Origin: Methanoregulaceae archaeon
GTDB taxonomy: Archaea > Halobacteriota > Methanomicrobia > Methanomicrobiales > Methanospirillaceae
Assembly: GCA_028679315.1 (NCBI GenBank)
Contig: JAJRBU010000006.1
Span: 1-49,490, forward strand
Length of the DNA stretch: 49,490 nucleotides
Direction: 5' to 3'
Shown here: one piece after another, positions 1-6,733 of the stretch
How the letters are laid out: the number at the start of each line of letters is the position of its first letter
How positions within the stretch are numbered: the stretch's first letter is position 1
The notes under the pieces: generated by a model
The model's database searches: none
What the model saw: only the letters and a program-made list of their open reading frames with translations
What the model was told of the DNA's origin: nothing
Made by a program: the position numbers and the translations under genes

Positions 1-1
1 A

Positions 2-256
2 GTCAGGCAAGGGTGCCACTTATGTCTGGATCTCACAGCTGCTTGCTCTGATATTTCTGCTGGTGCGGTGGGATCCGGCGCGGGGTATACTACTCTCATC
101 ATCAGAAACGACGTAGGAAGAATGTTTCAGGAGAGCGCGGTGAAAAATAAAAAACTGGTAATCGGGCCCGAAGCAGACATTGCCGCAATAGAAAGGCTCG
201 CTTCTTTCAAAGTCCAGAAAAACAGGTCTGAAAAAACACCACATAAAACGATTTAA
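2..256 (+). CDS. 3' fragment of a gene running in from the left edge; possibly an FrhB/FdhB-family (F420 hydrogenase/dehydrogenase beta-subunit-like) C-terminus
   Basis: Frame 2 is open from the window edge to TAA at 254-256. The tail ...CHLCLDLTAACSDISAGAVGSGAGYTTLIIRNDVGRMF... resembles the CxxC...DIS.G...G.S.VIVR C-terminal end of FrhB-family proteins. Recognition is by eye only. Confidence 0.4.
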   Translation, partial: VRQGCHLCLDLTAACSDISAGAVGSGAGYTTLIIRNDVGRMFQESAVKNKKLVIGPEADIAAIERLASFKVQKNRSEKTPHKTI

Positions 257-427
257 TTTGAAAAATAATTGATATAATTCGAGATTATACCGGAGAGTTC
301 AATGATTTAACCAATCGGTTATATTTATAAAAATTCATAATATACAAAGATGGAATCGCATAAATTATCCCTCCCTACCCTCAATCACCCCATATTTTCA
401 ACATTTTGCCCAAAAAAAATGAACAAC

Positions 428-443
428 TTTTATATAGTATTAT
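428..443 (+). promoter_or_regulatory. TATA-box-like element (tttatatagtatta) in the AT-rich intergenic region; candidate promoter for the surface-protein gene
   Basis: The AT-rich block at 257-456 contains several TATA-like strings. This is the last one before sequence composition returns to normal. No BRE or TSS could be verified. Confidence 0.25.
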
Positions 444-532
444 TTCATACGGTGTTTTATCCCCTTTCGGACAAGGGAGCACTGCATACCCTGTGATCAA
501 GAAAAGGGCGCTGCAGAGAGAAAAATGTCCGG

Positions 533-556
533 ATTCTCACCAGATCTGGTGAGAAT
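533..556. promoter_or_regulatory. Perfect 24-bp palindrome ATTCTCACCAGATCTGGTGAGAAT (operator site or RNA hairpin)
   Basis: The reverse complement is identical to the forward sequence (checked base by base). It lies ~140 bp upstream of the ATG at 695, between the AT-rich promoter region and the start codon. Confidence 0.35.
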
Positions 557-694
557 ATCAGAACAAAACTGCAGATTATTCGTGACAGCACGGTGGGCCG
601 GCCTCTACAACTGCAAGCAGGGATGGTGCTGCTGGCAGGAGCGTGGTGGCTGAAGGGCCGGCAGTCCGGGTTGTCATCAGCAAGGAGGATAGAT

Positions 695-3600
695 ATGACA
701 AGGTGGCCATTTATTGGTAAATCACGCGTAGCAACAGCCATACTGGTTGTGCTCAGCTGCATGCTTCTTTTCCAGGCTTGTACAGCTGCAGATTGTGGTA
801 CAGATCCTGACATCAAGGATGTCAAACTGTTCGTGGATTGCAATTATGAATTCTACATCTCGTTCCATTCGGATGCAGGGCTTCAGGCTGATACAAACGG
901 TTTCTGGGTCTTCTTTGACAAAGCAATTGAGATAGACCCTACCCTAGCCGAAGAATGTGTCCAGATCAAGTGGGAAGGGCATTCCTACAAACCTGCTGCT
1001 GATGTAACAGTGTACGGTAAGGATGAACTGCCCGTTTTTGCCCCTAAGAACGCATCACAAGCGGTCAAGATCTGGATATCAGAGAGTATCCCGATGAACA
1101 AGGATGTCACGATCTGGTTCAAATGCGGACTCTCCGCTCCCTGTGACGAACCCGATTGTCCTTTTGGGGATTGCATTACCTGCGATGAGCTGATGTGCTA
1201 TGACTTCGTTGTGTGGGTGGCAAACGACCTGCAGCGGTGCCCGCAGGAGAGTACAAGGTATGTCAAGATTATTGCATCCTCCGGGCCTGGTGGACATGTA
1301 ACGTATCCCCCGACCGGAGAGAGTGCTGCACCTGATTTTGAGAAGATGTTCAAAGTCGGGTCAACTCCGACCTACCTGATCACGGGAGAAAGCCACATCA
1401 TCGACAAGATTGTGATCGAGCCGCTGTGCGAAGGCGTACCAGATCCGGAAGATATCATCTACAAGGATTGCGAAGATTGTACCGTTATCGACAAGCATGG
1501 TACTGTCCAGGCAACCTATACCTTCGACGAACTGCACTGTTCCTACAAGATTACCGCGACGTTCATAAAGAAGCCGGTCTATGGATACCTGAAGTACCAG
1601 CTTCCTCTGAGTGAGTGTGGTGATGTTGTCAAGGTCAAAGTATGGGGAACCGATAAGATCCAGCCGATGCTCGACTTTACGGATGATCTGTATAAAGGAG
1701 GCCACTCAGCTGACTTCAACCTTGAGGTATGGGATGCAGGTACGATACTCTATGAGTATGACGATGCAGGAAGCACTGATGGAGTAACAGCATCCGGAGT
1801 AATTCCGGAGGTAGTTGTGAAATCAGCCCCGGTTGAACGCCCGGAGACCTTCAGAGTCACCTATGAGGATACCGATCCACAGACCCCGATTCAGTATGCA
1901 ACCGTCACGATCCTGACAAACGGCCAGTGGGTATGGGCACCTTCCATGCCTGATAATGTTAAGGACATTGTCAGTGTCGAAGCCAAAGAACCTGCATGGG
2001 ATCTGGTCACCCAGGACTACCTTGACTGTAACCCGGAGTGGGAAGGACTCATCGGGATGGTCGTCGAGGCCGATGACAGCAAGGTGTACACAGAAACAAT
2101 CGAGATCGACACCCCAGGTGTCCTTCTGAAGAACAAGGATGGAACATCACCGGTCATCGATGCAAAGACAGTGACCCCGAAAGGAGACTATCCCAATGGC
2201 AAATCTGGAGCAGTCCTCCTCTCGGCAGGAAGCACGGGAATCGAAGGGTTCACTATCAAGAACTCCAAGACAAACGGAGTCCTGGTGTGGCTCTGGAGCG
2301 AGAAATGTGCAGAAGCCACAATTCTCGACAGCATAAAAGGACCAGGGTGTGATGAGAACGGGTGTGAAGAAGTAGAGTGTAAGGATATCAAGGTTCCATG
2401 CTGTCGTGGCAGGATCAATATCGTCAAGAATGACATCTACAACAACTGTGAGAATGGTATCTACGTCAACGATGCCGTCATCCTCATTTCCGATAACAAG
2501 ATCCACAACAACATCGATGACGGTATCGATGCAGGCTGCCTCTTCTGTGGTGTTGAGACCATCGATCCCGAAGCGATCACCCACAGCCCGGCGTGCAGTG
2601 AGATCCTGTTAAACGAGATTTACCACAATGGACACTTTGCTGAAACAGGTGTAGCTCCCAAGGGTGAATGGGAAGTTGAAAAGGCCGGGACCAAGTACTT
2701 CACCAGTGATCCCACTGCGTGTGGAACGTTGGACGGCTGGACCGACGCCGGTATCCAGATCCGGTGCGTTGGTGACGTCTGCGGAGAACCCTGCTCTGAA
2801 TGCAGGCCTAACAGTAATGAACCAAGCAATCCCGAGGACCTGCAACCCTGTGGACCTGATCTGTGTGCAATTGGGAAGTGCTGTTCTGGTACCTGCCCGA
2901 TAATTCCTGAGCCAGATTGGGACAGGGAAGGCTGCGGGGGGTGCAATATGACCCTCTATATCGTTCACAACAATGTGACCGATAACTTCCACGCTGGCAT
3001 CTACCTTATGGAAGGTGCAACCCAGGGCGGCCAGATCATCATCCAGGCAAACCAGATCCATGAAAACGGTATCTTCGGCATGCTGACTGAAGCCGCAATA
3101 CCCAGCAGGATCGACTTCAGGTACAATGATATCTGGTGCAACGAGTACTGGGGTGTTAAGAACCTCGCATGCTGCGACCTCGTTGCCAAGGAGAACTACT
3201 GGGGCAGCCCGGGAGGCCCGAGTGCCGGACCCGCACCGATTGTCGACTGTATTGACTGCCGCTGCCATGAAATGGACCAGCGGAGCGATGCCCTTGGAAA
3301 CGGTGACGAGGTGAGCCACCGCGTCCATTACGACCCGTGGTTGTACCGCTCTGCGATGTGTATGCTCGACGGCTCGTGCACCAACATCCGGATCTATGGT
3401 TCACAGCTCCCGCTCCAGTGCGGCTGGAACACCCTCTCTGTACCGGTGACCCTGGCCGATGAGGCAAACACCATACCCGATATTGCAACCCTTGGCAAGT
3501 TCATCACCCGCGAGAACATCGTGGTCGTGTACAAGTGGGATGCAGCGGATGATGTATGGGTGAACGTCGGAGCCAGCGGCGAAGAGATCATCCCGGGACA

Positions 3601-4075
3601 GGGGTATTACATCAAGATGAAATCCGAGTCAAGGTTCCCGGTGCTCTACAATGCCGGACCCTCTCCAGGACTGTCAGCAATTCCGCTTGAATCAGGGTGG
3701 AACCTGATCGGTGCCCCGTGGGGTATCGATCGTGAGAATGGCTGCTGTGACCTCGGTGACCAGGGACGGTGGGGAGTCGCCGTGGCTGACCTCGAAGACG
3801 ATGAAGCCTTCAAGCAGGTGACGGATGCCCTTGAATCGATCAAGGAAGGCAACGGAGGCACGAAGGGAGTTGCAATCATCGTAAGTCCCTCGGTACCAGG
3901 CCAGTATGAGGCATGGAGTGCATCCGTGACCAGCGGATTCTGGGACCCGGTAAAGAACACCCAGGATATGGCTACCGGAGATGCATACTGGGTATTCATG
4001 GCAAACCCCGCAACCTATGCAGGGTTTGAGATTACCCCGTTCTACTTCCCGGCAAGCCATATAATTCAGGTATAG
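695..4075 (+). CDS. Large secreted Cys-rich surface protein with right-handed parallel beta-helix (PbH1/NosD-like) repeats and a C-terminal twin GWN...YW module
   Basis: ATG at 695 is preceded by AGGAGGA (683-689). The N-terminus is signal-like (MTRWPFIGKSRVATAILVVLSCMLLFQAC). PbH1-type repeats are present (NGIYVNDAVILISDNKIHNNIDDGIDAG; NFHAGIYLMEG...IQANQIHENGIFGM; RYNDIWCNEYWGV). The GTG at 593 in the ORF track only adds 34 non-signal residues. Confidence 0.85.
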   Translation: MTRWPFIGKSRVATAILVVLSCMLLFQACTAADCGTDPDIKDVKLFVDCNYEFYISFHSDAGLQADTNGFWVFFDKAIEIDPTLAEECVQIKWEGHSYKPAADVTVYGKDELPVFAPKNASQAVKIWISESIPMNKDVTIWFKCGLSAPCDEPDCPFGDCITCDELMCYDFVVWVANDLQRCPQESTRYVKIIASSGPGGHVTYPPTGESAAPDFEKMFKVGSTPTYLITGESHIIDKIVIEPLCEGVPDPEDIIYKDCEDCTVIDKHGTVQATYTFDELHCSYKITATFIKKPVYGYLKYQLPLSECGDVVKVKVWGTDKIQPMLDFTDDLYKGGHSADFNLEVWDAGTILYEYDDAGSTDGVTASGVIPEVVVKSAPVERPETFRVTYEDTDPQTPIQYATVTILTNGQWVWAPSMPDNVKDIVSVEAKEPAWDLVTQDYLDCNPEWEGLIGMVVEADDSKVYTETIEIDTPGVLLKNKDGTSPVIDAKTVTPKGDYPNGKSGAVLLSAGSTGIEGFTIKNSKTNGVLVWLWSEKCAEATILDSIKGPGCDENGCEEVECKDIKVPCCRGRINIVKNDIYNNCENGIYVNDAVILISDNKIHNNIDDGIDAGCLFCGVETIDPEAITHSPACSEILLNEIYHNGHFAETGVAPKGEWEVEKAGTKYFTSDPTACGTLDGWTDAGIQIRCVGDVCGEPCSECRPNSNEPSNPEDLQPCGPDLCAIGKCCSGTCPIIPEPDWDREGCGGCNMTLYIVHNNVTDNFHAGIYLMEGATQGGQIIIQANQIHENGIFGMLTEAAIPSRIDFRYNDIWCNEYWGVKNLACCDLVAKENYWGSPGGPSAGPAPIVDCIDCRCHEMDQRSDALGNGDEVSHRVHYDPWLYRSAMCMLDGSCTNIRIYGSQLPLQCGWNTLSVPVTLADEANTIPDIATLGKFITRENIVVVYKWDAADDVWVNVGASGEEIIPGQGYYIKMKSESRFPVLYNAGPSPGLSAIPLESGWNLIGAPWGIDRENGCCDLGDQGRWGVAVADLEDDEAFKQVTDALESIKEGNGGTKGVAIIVSPSVPGQYEAWSASVTSGFWDPVKNTQDMATGDAYWVFMANPATYAGFEITPFYFPASHIIQV

Positions 4076-4143
4076 GAAAAAGGACAGACAATGCTCAATG
4101 AGGAAGGGATAACCCCCCTTTCTCCGGGCAGGAGGATTGATCA

Positions 4144-5508
4144 ATGATATCTCATAGAAAGACGGGGTGGTTCTCTCTGCTCGGTCTGCTGTTGATCCTT
4201 GTTATCTGTACAACGACACCAGCAGTTGCAGCTCCGATACTCCCACATACGTTTTACGGGAATGTTACCATCGGTGCGCAACCAGCCCCGGTAAATACCC
4301 ATATCACTGCAAGCGTAACTGGAGGGGGCGGGGATTTAGTCACCACTATAGTTGGAGAGTATGGTATTCACGATTTCAATACCCTGGAAGTACAACCCTG
4401 GGGAGAGGACACTACGATCCCGGGAGGAGCTCCCATCTCGTTCTTCATCAATGGCGTTAAGGCAGAGGTTCGCGAAGGGGGAAAATCAACCTGGTCTGCC
4501 AGCTATCCATTCACGAGCGGACTGGATACAAACCTCGATCTTCGGGTTGGAGGAACAGCCCCGACAACAGTTCCAACCACAGTTCCAACCACAGTTCCAA
4601 CTACGGTCCCGACTACGGGTCCAACAACAGTTCCAACCACAGTTCCAACTACGGTCCCGACCACCATCCCGACAACAGTTCCAACCACAGTTCCAACTAC
4701 GGTCCCGACAACAGTTCCAACAACCGAAATACCGGTCTTCCCCTACTACATCAGCGCGAGTGCCGGACCCAATGGGGCTATCACTCCTTCGGGCACGATT
4801 TCCGTGATAAGCGGTAATGATCAGTCCTTCACTATTGTTCCGGGAACCGGATACACCATCAACCAGATTCTGGTAGATGGAACCCCGGTTGCGAAAACCC
4901 CGGTATACACCTTCAATGATGTGTCTGCAGACCACACTATCCAGGTCACCTTCATGGAAGGATCACCCGACTACTTCTCGGTTCAGCTCGGAAACGGATG
5001 GAATCTCTTCTCTACTCCAATCCTGCTTGGATCAGGTCACCAGTACCTTGAGAACATATTCCCCTCCAATTCCCTGGATAACATTGAAGTGATCCTCGGT
5101 TGGAATGGATCTGCATGGTTCATCCCCGGTTACCAGTATGATTTGACACCTCTCTATGCCCTCTACGTTAAAGTAGACAATTCGGCTACTGCATATGTCT
5201 ATCCCTCGGAGTCAATCACGATACCACCTACCCGTTCTCTCGTGAAAGGCTGGAACCTCATAGGGCCTGCACCGGACTACCAGGATGGTGGATTTTCAGA
5301 ACGATCGATAGAAGATTCGCTGGTCACCATCTACGGAGACGCGACAAATCCAGGATATCTCATCGTTATAAGCCCGGGAGTCAACCAGCCCGGCTGGTCG
5401 TATGTGCGCGATGCGATGTCGGTGGATCTTCTTCCTTACAAGGGATACTGGGTATTCATGGAAAATCCGGAAACACTTGCCGGATTCTCCACGACTCCGA
5501 TTTCCTGA
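4144..5508 (+). CDS. Secreted modular surface protein: PHTFYG N-domain, (PTTV)14 linker, InlB-B-repeat-like domain, C-terminal twin GWNL...YWVFM module
   Basis: GGAGGA lies just upstream of the ATG. The signal peptide is ...LILVICTTTPAVAAP. The N-domain is shared with the next gene. A B-repeat-like segment is present (SAGPNGAITPSGTISV...GYTINQILVDG...HTIQVTF). The C-terminus resembles that of the preceding gene. Confidence 0.85.
   Translation: MISHRKTGWFSLLGLLLILVICTTTPAVAAPILPHTFYGNVTIGAQPAPVNTHITASVTGGGGDLVTTIVGEYGIHDFNTLEVQPWGEDTTIPGGAPISFFINGVKAEVREGGKSTWSASYPFTSGLDTNLDLRVGGTAPTTVPTTVPTTVPTTVPTTGPTTVPTTVPTTVPTTIPTTVPTTVPTTVPTTVPTTEIPVFPYYISASAGPNGAITPSGTISVISGNDQSFTIVPGTGYTINQILVDGTPVAKTPVYTFNDVSADHTIQVTFMEGSPDYFSVQLGNGWNLFSTPILLGSGHQYLENIFPSNSLDNIEVILGWNGSAWFIPGYQYDLTPLYALYVKVDNSATAYVYPSESITIPPTRSLVKGWNLIGPAPDYQDGGFSERSIEDSLVTIYGDATNPGYLIVISPGVNQPGWSYVRDAMSVDLLPYKGYWVFMENPETLAGFSTTPIS
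4561..4728 (+). repeat. In-frame 12-bp tandem repeat, 14 units, encoding (P-T-T-V/G/I/E)14
   Basis: Units of ccNacNacNgtt (for example ccaaccacagtt and ccaactacggtc) repeat head to tail. The translation is APTTVPTTVPTTVPTTVPTTGPTTVPTTVPTTVPTTIPTTVPTTVPTTVPTTVPTTE. Confidence 0.95.
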
Positions 5509-5574
5509 TGAGAACATGAGAAAAGAGTAAATAAAAGAAGGAATTACCCTTTTTTTATAGATAAGAGTGATACT

Positions 5575-6465
5575 ATGAAACCAGAGAGATTAAGCATTGT
5601 TCTGGTCATGCTGGCATTATCCATGATCATACTCCTGGGTGCTGCTGCTTCTGCAGAAGAGACTGCCGTCCAGCCCCAGCTTCCTCATACTTTCTACGGA
5701 ACGGTTGAAGTTGCAGGAAGTCCGGCAACTGCTGGAATTGCGATAGAAGCAACGGGTGTCGGTGTTCGCTCAAACATCTCAGGAAATCCGGTGAACACGT
5801 TGCCGGATAGTACCTATGGGAAGGCGAATTTTACTTCACAAACCCTCGTTGTTCAGGGAAATATTGCACCAGGGACTCCACTTAATTTCTATGTCGGAGG
5901 TATCCGTGCCGAAGTATACGATGTTGCAGCAGGGGGTCCGTGGAAGGAGACCTATCCTTACGAAGCGGGGGGATATACTGAGTTGAACCTCCGTGTTGCT
6001 TCACAGCCTGCTGCGGGGCAGACCAGGGTACCAACCCCTACCCAGACGGTTTTATCTTCGTCAACTGCTGCAGATTCATCCTCATCCAGCACGGGATCAT
6101 CATCTTCTGCCAGAGGATCCCAATCCACCACTACTTCTGGCGGTGCAGTACTTCCCCAGGTACCCGATTCACCCGGAGAGCAGCCCACATCTGGCGGCAC
6201 ACAGCAGGCCCCTTCCGGTAATACACAGCAAGGAACAACCGGGCATGGTGAGATCACCCAGGGAGTGAATCCACAGGAAACAGGCACCGCTCCCGGTAAC
6301 CCGGTCACCCTTCCTGCAACAGGAAGTATGACAATGTATGCAATCGGGGGGATACTTCTCGTCCTGATCATTGCTGGAGGACTCTATTATATTATGAAGC
6401 AGGGGAAGAACGGTGCAGAAGAGCAGAAAACTGACGATGGAAAAGAACAGGAAGAGAAGAAATAA
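5575..6465 (+). CDS. Secreted/anchored surface protein: PHTFYG N-domain, S/T/Q-rich low-complexity stalk, LPATG motif plus C-terminal TM helix and charged tail
   Basis: The signal peptide is MKPERLSIVLVMLALSMIILLGAAASA. The N-domain aligns with the previous gene (LPHTFYGTVEVAG...NFYVGGIRAEVY...YTELNLRV). The stalk is SSSTAADSSSSSTGSSSSARGSQSTTTSGG.... The C-terminus is LPATGSMTMYAIGGILLVLIIAGGLYYIMKQGK.... Confidence 0.85.
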   Translation: MKPERLSIVLVMLALSMIILLGAAASAEETAVQPQLPHTFYGTVEVAGSPATAGIAIEATGVGVRSNISGNPVNTLPDSTYGKANFTSQTLVVQGNIAPGTPLNFYVGGIRAEVYDVAAGGPWKETYPYEAGGYTELNLRVASQPAAGQTRVPTPTQTVLSSSTAADSSSSSTGSSSSARGSQSTTTSGGAVLPQVPDSPGEQPTSGGTQQAPSGNTQQGTTGHGEITQGVNPQETGTAPGNPVTLPATGSMTMYAIGGILLVLIIAGGLYYIMKQGKNGAEEQKTDDGKEQEEKK

Positions 6466-6733
6466 GGGATAATCTCTCATTTTTATTATCATACTTCCCC
6501 TATCCTATCATTTTATTACCCGTATCCCGGATACTTCTGTTTCACGTAGTTCATGGTGATCCGAAACAGGAGTCCTGAGTCGGTACAATTGGAGACCAAA
6601 ACAATCTGCAACAGTGGATTTCCTCACAGGCATAACCAACAAGGATAAGGGATTCATTAGAGAATGGACGGCACGATGGTAAAAGATGAATAACTAATTG
6701 TCAATAATATTTTATAGAGTCTGGAGGAATGGA

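Noticed and set aside
20-244. A 74-aa minus-strand ORF at the left edge
   Set aside because: It lies antisense to a frame that is open from the window edge and has an FrhB-like C-terminal pattern. Its translation shows no motif.
593-694. The GTG at 593 as the start of the large surface protein
   Set aside because: It adds 34 residues (MGRPLQLQAGMVLLAGAWWLKGRQSGLSSARRID) that precede the obvious signal peptide, and it has no RBS. The ATG at 695 has AGGAGGA upstream.
985-3999. Numerous 60-240-aa ORFs in other frames inside the 695-4075 gene
   Set aside because: All are nested in or antisense to a single long ORF that has a signal peptide and coherent repeat architecture. None has its own motifs.
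4561-4728. A CRISPR-like or satellite array
   Set aside because: The period is only 12 bp and there are no spacers. The repeat is in frame within a CDS and encodes a PT-rich linker.
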